From an uncultured Acidobacteriota bacterium (GTDB lineage Bacteria > Acidobacteriota > Vicinamibacteria > Vicinamibacterales > UBA2999), in the NCBI GenBank assembly GCA_963772955.1, contig CAVYZF010000008.1, positions 51,615 through 115,614 on the forward strand: DNA of 64,000 nucleotides, in the 5' to 3' direction. This document shows, piece after piece, positions 19,615-27,723 of this stretch; position 1 is the stretch's first letter, and every line of letters starts with the position of its first letter. The translations under genes and the position numbers were made by a program. Under the pieces are notes generated by a model, which saw nothing but the letters and a program-made list of their open reading frames with translations, made no database searches and was not told where the DNA came from.

Positions 19615-21321
19615 TTAGTCGGACCACACGATGCCGTCGGACCACACGATGCCGTCGGACCACACGATGCCGTCGGACCACACGATGCCGTCGGACCACA
19701 CGATGCCGTCGGACCACACGATGCCGTCGGACCACACGATGCCGTCGGACCACACGATGCCGTCGGACCACACGATGCCGTCGGACCACACGATGCCGTC
19801 GGACCATACGATGCCGTCGGACCACACGATGCCGTCAGACCATACGATGCCGTCGGACCATACGATGCCGTCGGACCACACGATGCCGTCAGACCACACG
19901 ATGCCGTCAGACCGTGCAGCAGTGCGACACGTCGAGGCCGTGCAGAATGTCATCTTCGACGGCGTGAGGTTGGACTGGGCTATCAGAGCGGACGCGGTGG
20001 TCGGAGCCAAAAACGAGGCCACCGCCAGATCGAGATTCAGCGACCCGGCTCCCGAGATCAGATAGGCCGTGGAGAGCTTGTTGCTTGAGTGTTGGAGAAG
20101 TCGGCGAACCGACTCTGTGCCCTTGACACCACTTTCCAGCAACACGCTCACAGCACCCGACACAACCGCCGCCGCCATGCTGGTGCCGGACAGCTGCAGC
20201 CGGCGACCCTCTTTCAGCGACACCACCAGCTCGGGATGCTCACGCACCAGCGTCGAGCCAGGCGCGGCCAGACCCAGAATCTTGTTCCCCGGTGCCACCA
20301 GGTCCGGCTTCACCAGGTGGTCGAACATCGTCGGGCCCTTCGAGCTGTAGCTCGCGACCTCGTCGTCGCTCCGATAGGGCGTGCCCTTGGTGTTCACCGC
20401 GCCAACAGTGATGGCGAACGGCGAGATGCCCGGCGTCGTGATACCGCCGTAGATCGGACGCCCGTCTTCGGCCTTGCCGAAGTTACCGGCGGAGGTGACG
20501 ACGGTGATGCCCGCGCGGTAGGCGCGCTCGACCGCCTGGCACAGCGGGTCGTCACGCCAGCCCTGAGTAACGGGCCCGCCGAGCGACATGTTGATGACTT
20601 TGATGTTGTAACGCTTGTGATTGGCGAGCACCCAGTCCATGGCCTCGATCACATCGCCGACCACGCCTCTGCCCTTCGCGTCCAGGACCTTCAGGCTGAT
20701 GATGTTCGCGCCCGGCGCCACGCCCTCGGCGTCGTCGAAGCGGTTGCGGCCCGCAGCGGCGATGATCCCCGCCACGTGCGTGCCATGGCCATTGAAATCA
20801 AGGCCAGGTCCGCGATCGTCGGTGAAGTCGCGCGTCGCGATGATGCGCCCCCCGAACTCGGGCATGATCGCCACGCCGGAGTCGATGACGGCCACCCCGA
20901 TGCCCTTGCCAGTCAGCGGCCCGATGCCTTTGGCCCAGCCGCCTTCGTGAACGAGATCCGCACCGATTGATTGATTGGTCACCGCCATGTGGGCCGTAAC
21001 CACGTGATTGCTCGAAAGCTGGTCGGCCGCGGGATCGTCGGCCAGTGCCGCTAACGCTCCCGCGGGGACATCAACCACCGCTCCCGTGGCCAGACGCTTC
21101 TTGATTCGCAACCCGTGACGCACCGCCAGGTCGTCCACCTGCGCAGCCGTTCCGGTGACGATGACGCTCGCCCCCTGAACGTCGCCTGTGCGCAAGCGCT
21201 CCGCGAGATCCTTGGAAAGACGTGCATGCCGCCCCTGGGCCGACGCGGCGTCGGCCGATAAGAAGAAAGCAGCACACAGGACAACGGCGAATCGAAGGTT
21301 CCGGGTGTTGAATCTGGCCAT
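19615..21321 (-). CDS. Secreted S8 subtilisin-like peptidase with a C-terminal (GIVWSD)x16 tail
   Basis: Signal peptide and propeptide; catalytic VAVIDSG, GHGTHVAG, SAGN and SGTSMA motifs; repeat tail. Confidence 0.95.
   Translation of the reverse strand: MARFNTRNLRFAVVLCAAFFLSADAASAQGRHARLSKDLAERLRTGDVQGASVIVTGTAAQVDDLAVRHGLRIKKRLATGAVVDVPAGALAALADDPAADQLSSNHVVTAHMAVTNQSIGADLVHEGGWAKGIGPLTGKGIGVAVIDSGVAIMPEFGGRIIATRDFTDDRGPGLDFNGHGTHVAGIIAAAGRNRFDDAEGVAPGANIISLKVLDAKGRGVVGDVIEAMDWVLANHKRYNIKVINMSLGGPVTQGWRDDPLCQAVERAYRAGITVVTSAGNFGKAEDGRPIYGGITTPGISPFAITVGAVNTKGTPYRSDDEVASYSSKGPTMFDHLVKPDLVAPGNKILGLAAPGSTLVREHPELVVSLKEGRRLQLSGTSMAAAVVSGAVSVLLESGVKGTESVRRLLQHSSNKLSTAYLISGAGSLNLDLAVASFLAPTTASALIAQSNLTPSKMTFCTASTCRTAARSDGIVWSDGIVWSDGIVWSDGIVWSDGIVWSDGIVWSDGIVWSDGIVWSDGIVWSDGIVWSDGIVWSDGIVWSDGIVWSDGIVWSDGIVWSDGIVWSD
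19618..19911 (-). repeat. 18-bp coding tandem repeat, 16 units plus a partial unit
   Basis: Plus-strand unit GTCGGACCACACGATGCC spans 19618-19905 (288 bp). The variants are only GTG/GTA (Val) and TCC/TCT (Ser). Confidence 0.97.
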
Positions 21322-21345
21322 GGCGGTTGCCTTCTTGTTCGGAAG

Positions 21346-21618
21346 TTACAGTCGAACTGCCGGGCTGACTCCGAGAGACGCGCCCGACGCGGAGGTCGAA
21401 AATGCCTGCGGTCTGAACCCCAGGTCGAAGAGCGACTGGACGAGAACGCGCTGGGAAACACCGAGCGTGCGGACAGTACGAAGCCGGCCGTCACGGATGC
21501 GGTTGTAGATGGTGCGACGGGAGACGCCGAGAAGCGCTGCTGCCTGATCGATGGTGACGCTGCGACCGAGTCGCGGCTCGAAACTGGATGATTCTGTGGT
21601 CAGGGGGGACTCAAACAT
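21346..21618 (-). CDS. Small excisionase-like (HTH_17/MerR-type) DNA-binding protein
   Basis: VTIDQAAALLGVSRRTIYNRIRDGRLRTVR. RBS AGGAG at 21632-21628. Confidence 0.85.
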   Translation of the reverse strand: MFESPLTTESSSFEPRLGRSVTIDQAAALLGVSRRTIYNRIRDGRLRTVRTLGVSQRVLVQSLFDLGFRPQAFSTSASGASLGVSPAVRL

Positions 21619-21647
21619 GTTTGGGAACTCCTACGGGAATTCCCTTA

Positions 21648-21665
21648 CTGCGGGTGAGGTGCCAA
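21648..21665 (-). promoter_or_regulatory. Sigma-54 (-24/-12) promoter of the HTH-peptidase operon
   Basis: TTGGCACCTCACCCGCAG: TGGCAC -24 box, GG-N10-GC spacing, about 30 nt upstream of the ATG. Confidence 0.75.
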
Positions 21666-21692
21666 TCTAAACAGGTAACGCGCTGAATCCCT

Positions 21693-21705
21693 TAAGCTAC
21701 TGATA
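21693..21705 (-). promoter_or_regulatory. Putative IHF site
   Basis: TATCAGTAGCTTA fits WATCARNNNNTTR and lies just upstream of the -24 box. Confidence 0.5.
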
Positions 21706-21871
21706 CGCGCGGGTTTCTACGGTGGAAGCTCAGCGCGGGGGGTGCGACAGATCCGCGCACCCGGGCAGGTCGTTGACTGACACTATGGTCACAGTCGAGC
21801 GAAGGCGCGATATGTCGAGGGTTGCACGACATTATTTTGATCGGCCAACAAGTTGGCCGGGGTGGCCAGGA

Positions 21872-23632
21872 TTGACGCCGCCTCGGTCGCGTCTGCCAGG
21901 CGTGCTCGTCATGGGCGTCGTGTTCGTGGGTGCACTTTTCTGGTGGCGGGGCTGCGAGCCCGAGCGCTCATCGCTCAGCGGCGGTGCATCGAAATCGACG
22001 AGCGAGCCTCGCGAGCGCGGCGGGCAGGTCGTCGCGTCCCTGAGGGCGGAGCCTCGAACCTTCAATCGACTCGTCGCCAGCGACCAGACGACCGAGGTCC
22101 TTGCGATGCTGATGCAGGGGCGATTGGTTCGCATCAACCGGTCGACGTTCGAGCTGGAGCCATGGCTCGCCGAGCGATGGGAATCGACTGAGGACGGTCG
22201 GACCCACACGTTGCACCTTCGGCAGGGCGTCGTCTGGTCGGACGGAACGCCGTTCACGTCAGCGGACGTCCTCTTCTCTCTGCGAGCCGCCTACGATCCG
22301 AACGTCAAGAGCCCGGTGGCGAGCAGCATCACGATCAGCGGGCAGCCAATCACAGCCACCGCCCCTGACACTTCCACCGTCGTCCTGAAGTACCCGTCGC
22401 CCTCCGGCCCGGGAATCCGACTGCTCGACATGCTGCCGATCATGCCGAGGCACAAGCTCGAATCGGCGCTGTCTTCCGGCACCTTCGCGCAGGCGTGGGG
22501 AACGACGACGACGCCCAGCGACCTCGTAGGCACGGGCCCGTTCACACTGCGCGAGTATCAGCCTGGACAGCGTCTCGTCTTTGATCGAAATCAACGGTAC
22601 TGGCGCAAGGCCGAGAACGGCGATGCGCTCCCGTATATCGATCGTCTTGTGCTGGAGCTCGTGCCGGATCAGAACGCGGAGCTCCTGAGGCTGCAATCGG
22701 GAGCGACCGATCTCACGCACAGCGAGCTGCGATCGGATGACTACATTCCCGTGCGCCGCGCCGAGGCTGAAGGCAAGCTGACGATGGTCGAGCTCGGCGT
22801 GTCGCCGGATGCAGACGCGTTCTGGTTCTGTTTGAAGCCGGAGAAGAAGGCGCGCGACCCACGATTCGCCTTCGTCAGCAGGCGCGAGTTCCGGCAGGCC
22901 ATCTCTCACGCCGTCGATCGCGAAGCATTCGCGCAGACGGTGTTCCTCGGCGAGGCCGTTCCGATCTGGGGTCCAATTACGCCCGGCAACCGACTGTGGT
23001 TCTCACCGAACGTGCCACGCTACCCGTTCGACGTTGCACGCTCGCGTCAGCTGCTCGCGAGCATCGGCCTCGAGGATCGCAACGGCAACGGCGTCGTGGA
23101 AGACAAGGCTGGGACCGAGGCGCGCTTCACGGTGATCACGCAACAGGGCATCGGGTACTACGAGCGCGGCGCCACGGTTCTTCGCGAACAGGCTGCGGCG
23201 GTTGGAATCGCGCTCGACGTCGTGCCGCTCGAGTTCTCCGCGATGGTCACGCGGCTGCTGGCCTGCGACTACGACGCGATCTACATGCGGCCGCTCACGA
23301 CCGATCTCGATCCGGCAGGCAACCTCGATTACTGGCTCAGTTCCGGATCGGCGCACCTGTGGAACATGCATCAGGAAAAGCCGTCGACGGATTGGGAGCA
23401 GCGGATCGATATGCTGATGGGTGAGCAATCGACAACACTCGGCCTCCAGCGCCGACGGGAAATCTTCGCAGAGGTTCAGAACGTATTCGCCGAGAATGTC
23501 CCCGTGCTGTACTTCGCGTCGCCGCGGCTGTACTACGCGCACAGCCAGCGGCTGCGCGGCGTGGTGCCTTCGATCCTGCGTCCACCCGTGCTGTGGAATG
23601 CTGACTCGTTCAGCATCGCGGGCGCTCGTTGA
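21872..23632 (+). CDS. Oligopeptide/dipeptide ABC transporter substrate-binding protein (family 5)
   Basis: EPRTFN, PWLAERW, WSDGTPFTSADV, GTGPF and FRQAISHAVDR motifs. Start uncertain; the ORF is open from 21722. Confidence 0.92.
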   Translation: MTPPRSRLPGVLVMGVVFVGALFWWRGCEPERSSLSGGASKSTSEPRERGGQVVASLRAEPRTFNRLVASDQTTEVLAMLMQGRLVRINRSTFELEPWLAERWESTEDGRTHTLHLRQGVVWSDGTPFTSADVLFSLRAAYDPNVKSPVASSITISGQPITATAPDTSTVVLKYPSPSGPGIRLLDMLPIMPRHKLESALSSGTFAQAWGTTTTPSDLVGTGPFTLREYQPGQRLVFDRNQRYWRKAENGDALPYIDRLVLELVPDQNAELLRLQSGATDLTHSELRSDDYIPVRRAEAEGKLTMVELGVSPDADAFWFCLKPEKKARDPRFAFVSRREFRQAISHAVDREAFAQTVFLGEAVPIWGPITPGNRLWFSPNVPRYPFDVARSRQLLASIGLEDRNGNGVVEDKAGTEARFTVITQQGIGYYERGATVLREQAAAVGIALDVVPLEFSAMVTRLLACDYDAIYMRPLTTDLDPAGNLDYWLSSGSAHLWNMHQEKPSTDWEQRIDMLMGEQSTTLGLQRRREIFAEVQNVFAENVPVLYFASPRLYYAHSQRLRGVVPSILRPPVLWNADSFSIAGAR

Positions 23633-24597
23633 TGGCGCGCTTCCTCGCCCGCCGGCTGCTGTTCGCTGTCATCCTCATCGCTATCACGTCCTCGGCAGCC
23701 CTGGTGCTTGCGCGGCTCGCCCCGGGCGATGTGACCTCGCAGCTCGGGCCATTCGCCTCACAGGTCGAAGTCGAGAAGACCCGGAGCCGTTTCAATCTGG
23801 ATCGAAGTCCGATCTCACAGTGGGTGCTGTGGGCCGGTCGGGCGATGCGCTTCGACCTCGGAGAGTCCTTTCTCTACAACCGACCTGTTGCGCCGCTCGT
23901 TGCTCGAGCGGCCGCGAACACTGCGCTGCTCGGAATCGTCTCGCTTCTGACCGCGACGTTGGTCGGGCTTGCACTCGGCGTCTTCACCGGAGCTCGATCG
24001 GGACCGCTGCCGCTGCTGGTTCGCAGTGTCTCGCTCGTGTGCGTCTCGCTCCCTCCGCTGGTGACATCGCTTGCGCTCGTCTTCCTCGCTGCTCGAACGG
24101 GGTGGTTGCCGGCAGGCGGAATGGTGTCGTCGGCGGCCAGCGATCCGTCGTGGTCAGCCTGGATGATCGACGTCCTCTGGCACCTGCCGTTGCCGGTGCT
24201 TGCCCTTTCGTTGCCGATGGCTGCGACGTTCGAGCGGCTTCAGTCTCAAGCGATGGCCGATGCGGTCCAGCAACCCTTCGTGCTGGCCGCCATCGCCCGT
24301 GGAGTGCCGACGAGCCGTGTCCTCCTGCGCCATGCCTGGCCTTCATCGCTGCGTCCGATCTGCGGTGTCTACGGGCTCGCCATCGGTGCTCTGCTCTCGG
24401 GCTCGTTCATCGTCGAATTCGTGACGGCGTGGCCAGGTCTGGGACGCCTGACGTTCGAAGCGCTTCGCGCACGCGACGTGTATCTCGTGGCGGCATGCGC
24501 CGCGACTGGGGCCGCGTTCCTCGCGCTCGGGACGATGACCGGCGATCTGCTGCTGGCGGCCGCAGACCCGCGCGTGAGACAGGAGTCGGTGGGATGA
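23632..24597 (+). CDS. Peptide ABC transporter permease (DppB/OppB type)
   Basis: RFLARRLL...LAPGD, DLGESF, EAA-like loop, WPGLGRL. Confidence 0.92.
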   Translation: MARFLARRLLFAVILIAITSSAALVLARLAPGDVTSQLGPFASQVEVEKTRSRFNLDRSPISQWVLWAGRAMRFDLGESFLYNRPVAPLVARAAANTALLGIVSLLTATLVGLALGVFTGARSGPLPLLVRSVSLVCVSLPPLVTSLALVFLAARTGWLPAGGMVSSAASDPSWSAWMIDVLWHLPLPVLALSLPMAATFERLQSQAMADAVQQPFVLAAIARGVPTSRVLLRHAWPSSLRPICGVYGLAIGALLSGSFIVEFVTAWPGLGRLTFEALRARDVYLVAACAATGAAFLALGTMTGDLLLAAADPRVRQESVG

Positions 24598-25568
24598 GGC
24601 GCGCGGCGTGGTCGCTGCTCCTGCTGATCGCGATGGCCGCGGCGGCTGCGCCGTGGCTCGCTCCCAATCCACCAAACCAGCGGTTCGACGATCTGCTTTA
24701 CGCTCCGCCAACACCCGTTCACCTCTTGAGCGATGGATTGCGCGCGCCGTTCATCAACCCGTGGCATGTCGTCAGTCGTCTCGAGCGTCGCTTCGAGGCG
24801 GACACGGGTGTGCACGTGTCGCTGCGATGGTTCACCGGCGGCACGCTGGTCACCGGTGATCCGGATGCGGGCGCGCCGCTTCTGCTCCTCGGCGCGGATG
24901 GTTACGGTCGCGACATCTTTTCGCGATTGCTGTACGGGGCGCGTGCAACGCTGGTGGTCGCGCTCGTCTCGGCTCTGCTCGCGACGATCTTCGGTGCCTG
25001 TGTCGGCGGCCTGGCGGCTTACGCCGGTGGCTGGCTCGACGGCGTGCTCTCTCGCGTCTCGGAGTTCGTGCTGGTGCTGCCGGCGATTTACGTGGCTCTC
25101 GTCCTGCGTGCAGTGCTTCCGCTGGTGTTGCCTCCATCGACTGTCTTCGTACTGCTGATCGGCATCTTCACACTCCTCGGCTGGCCGATCGTTGCGCGTG
25201 GTGTGCGGGCGATCGTGCTCGTCGAACGCGAGCGTGAGTATGCGGTCGCCGCGCACGCCGCAGGTGCGAGCGATGGCCGCGTGCTGTTCCGCCATCTGCT
25301 GCCGGCGTCCGCCGGCTTCCTGCAAACGCAGGCCTCGCTTCTGGTGCCCGCGTTCATGCTCGGTGAAGCGACGCTGTCGTATGTCGGCCTCGGCTTTCCG
25401 AGCACGATTCCGACGTGGGGAACGATGCTGCAGGATGCGTCGAACGTCGCGCTGCTCGGAGATGCGCCGTGGTCGCTGGCGCCCGCTGCCGCCATTTTCG
25501 TGGTGGTTCTCGGCGTCAACCTGTTCGCCCAGAGCCACGGTCGCGCGCCTGTACAATTGGAGCCATGA
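24594..25568 (+). CDS. Peptide ABC transporter permease (DppC/OppC type)
   Basis: LLGADGYGRDIFSRLLYGAR, EATLSYVGLG, PTWGTML. Confidence 0.92.
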   Translation: MRRAAWSLLLLIAMAAAAAPWLAPNPPNQRFDDLLYAPPTPVHLLSDGLRAPFINPWHVVSRLERRFEADTGVHVSLRWFTGGTLVTGDPDAGAPLLLLGADGYGRDIFSRLLYGARATLVVALVSALLATIFGACVGGLAAYAGGWLDGVLSRVSEFVLVLPAIYVALVLRAVLPLVLPPSTVFVLLIGIFTLLGWPIVARGVRAIVLVEREREYAVAAHAAGASDGRVLFRHLLPASAGFLQTQASLLVPAFMLGEATLSYVGLGFPSTIPTWGTMLQDASNVALLGDAPWSLAPAAAIFVVVLGVNLFAQSHGRAPVQLEP

Positions 25569-26488
25569 AGCGCTTCACGGGCATCTTCACGCCGATCGTC
25601 ACGCCCTTCACATCCGACGACACACTCGACGAAGCGGGACTCCGGCGCAACGTCTCACGATGGATGGAGACATCGCTCACCGGACTCGTTGTGTTGGGCT
25701 CAAACGGTGAGGCCGCGCAACTCGACGATGCCGAAGCCGATCGGATCGTCGACATCGTTCGAGCAGGCGTTCCGTCCAACCGGCCGCTGATCGCCGGCAC
25801 CGGACGCGAGTCCACGCGCGCGACGATCGAGGCGACGAGGCGAGCCGCCGCAGCCGGCGTCGACGCCGTGCTGGTGCGGACGCCGTCGTTCTTCAAGTCG
25901 CAGATGACGACCGACGTGTTCGTTCGCCATTACACGGAGGTCGCCGACACATCGCCGGTCCCGGTGTTGCTCTACAACGTGACGATGTTCACGGGAGTGA
26001 ATCTGCTGCCGGATGCTGTCGAGCGATTGGCCGCGCATCCGAACATCGTCGGGATGAAGGAATCGGGAAGTGATATCGCACAGATCGCAGAGTTCGTGGC
26101 GCGTACACCAGACGACTTCACTGTGCTCGCAGGATCGGCGACGACGTTCGTTCACGCGGTGTGCGCGGGATGTGACGGCGCGATTCTCGCGTTGGCGGCT
26201 CTCGTGCCGGATGAGTGTGTCGAGCTTGTGATGCTCGTGCGTAACGGCCGATTGGATGAGGCACGAACTCTGCAGCAACGCCTGTTGCCGCTGGCCAAGT
26301 CAGTAGGCGGTACGTATGGTGTGCCCGGGCTGAAAGCTGCGTTACACTTACTGGGTTTTGCAAGCGGACCGCCGCGGCCGCCGCTTCGTTCCGTGGCTCC
26401 TTCAAGCATCGATAGCATCCGTGGTCAGCTCGACGCACTCGGAGTGTTTCCACTCATGCCCGCTGGCCAGTCTGACGCGCTGCGCTGA
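25565..26488 (+). CDS. Dihydrodipicolinate synthase-family aldolase (4-hydroxy-2-oxoglutarate aldolase-like)
   Basis: GSNGE (rather than DapA GTTGE), LYN, and Schiff-base motif GMKESG. Confidence 0.85.
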   Translation: MKRFTGIFTPIVTPFTSDDTLDEAGLRRNVSRWMETSLTGLVVLGSNGEAAQLDDAEADRIVDIVRAGVPSNRPLIAGTGRESTRATIEATRRAAAAGVDAVLVRTPSFFKSQMTTDVFVRHYTEVADTSPVPVLLYNVTMFTGVNLLPDAVERLAAHPNIVGMKESGSDIAQIAEFVARTPDDFTVLAGSATTFVHAVCAGCDGAILALAALVPDECVELVMLVRNGRLDEARTLQQRLLPLAKSVGGTYGVPGLKAALHLLGFASGPPRPPLRSVAPSSIDSIRGQLDALGVFPLMPAGQSDALR

Positions 26489-26499
26489 TCGCTCTCTCT

Positions 26500-27666
26500 A
26501 TGCCACTACCGTCGACTGAACGCATTCTGCTTGGTCCAGGGCCGAGCCTCATACCGCCGCGCGTGATGCGCTCGATGGCGGCGCCAGTACTCAGCCATCT
26601 CGATCCCGACTTCGTGCCGATGCTCGAAGAGGTTCGCGTGTCGTTGCAGCGAGTGTTCCGCGCTGACAGCAAGGCATTCACGATCGCGACTTCGGGCACC
26701 GGTACCTCCGCCATGGAAGCGGCCGTCGCGAACGCTGTCGCCGAGGGCTCTCGCGGCATCGTGATCGTGACCGGGTACTTCGGCGATCGTCTCGCGCAGA
26801 TCTTCCAGCGCTACGGATCGACAGTTCGCCGCATCGATGTCGAGTGGGGACGCGCAGTCGATCCGCAGCGACTCCGCGACGAGCTCAAACGGGAAGGCGC
26901 TGACGTCATCGGCATGGTGCACGCCGAGACATCGACCGGCGTTCGCAATCCAGTCAAAGAACTGGCGGCGGTCGCGCGTGAACATGGCGCGCTCACCATC
27001 GTCGACATGGTGACGTCGCTCGGCGGACACGAAGTCGATCTGGCAGGCTGGGGCGTCGACATCGCGTACTCGTGCACGCAGAAGTGCATTGGCGCTCCGT
27101 CCGGCATGGCGCCGATTGCGGTGTCAGGCTCGGCACGCGAGCGGCTGATCCCGTGCCGCAGTTTCTATCTCGATCTCAAGCTTCTCGAGGACTACTGGGT
27201 CGGGCGCAAGTACCACCACACCATGTCGAGCACGCTGATCTACGCGTTGCGCGAGGCGCTGCTCATGGTCGAGGAAGAGGGGCTTGCCGCGCGACAGGCG
27301 CGTCACGAGCGCAACCATCACGCTCTCGTGGCCGGCATTGAGGCCATGGGCCTTTCACTGCTTCCACCTGAGGCCGAACGGCTCTGGACGCTCAACGCCG
27401 TGAAGATGCCGGCTGGCGTCGACGAGGCCGCGGTTCGTCGCACGATGCTGACGACCTACAACATCGAAGTTGGCGCAGGCCTCGGTCCGCTGGCCGGAAA
27501 GATCTGGCGCGTGGGCCTGATGGGTGCCAGCTCGACGCCGCAGACACTGCTGCAGTTTCTCGCTGCGTGCGAAGGCGCGCTGGCGACGCACGGGCATCGC
27601 GTGCCCGAAGGTGCGGGCGTTGCGGCGGCTTCGGCGTCGTTGCGTTCCGCGCTCGTCACTGCGTAA
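26500..27666 (+). CDS. Alanine-glyoxylate / serine-pyruvate aminotransferase (class V PLP)
   Basis: LLGPGPS, SGTGTSAME, HAETSTG, SCTQKC, YHHT, WRVGLMG. Confidence 0.92.
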   Translation: MPLPSTERILLGPGPSLIPPRVMRSMAAPVLSHLDPDFVPMLEEVRVSLQRVFRADSKAFTIATSGTGTSAMEAAVANAVAEGSRGIVIVTGYFGDRLAQIFQRYGSTVRRIDVEWGRAVDPQRLRDELKREGADVIGMVHAETSTGVRNPVKELAAVAREHGALTIVDMVTSLGGHEVDLAGWGVDIAYSCTQKCIGAPSGMAPIAVSGSARERLIPCRSFYLDLKLLEDYWVGRKYHHTMSSTLIYALREALLMVEEEGLAARQARHERNHHALVAGIEAMGLSLLPPEAERLWTLNAVKMPAGVDEAAVRRTMLTTYNIEVGAGLGPLAGKIWRVGLMGASSTPQTLLQFLAACEGALATHGHRVPEGAGVAAASASLRSALVTA

Positions 27667-27723
27667 GTGTGTAGCGAGCGGGTCGCGCCCGCGTGCGAGT
27701 GGACCTGGAGGACAGAGACATAG

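Noticed and set aside
19618-19911. Possible CRISPR array
   Set aside because: The units are contiguous with no spacers, lie in frame within a CDS, and no cas genes are present.
19494-20088. Alternative-frame repeat ORFs (RRTTRC, PHDAVG, MPSDHT, RRHRVV)
   Set aside because: These are shadows of the 18-bp repeat. Only the GIVWSD frame is continuous with a recognisable protein.
21346-21618. Excisionase of a prophage or integrative element
   Set aside because: No integrase, att-like repeats, tRNA or phage genes nearby.
22226-22246. GVVWSDG in the ABC binding protein resembles the GIVWSD repeat
   Set aside because: It falls in the conserved G-V-x-(W/F)-(S/H)-D-G motif of family-5 binding proteins, so it is most likely coincidence.
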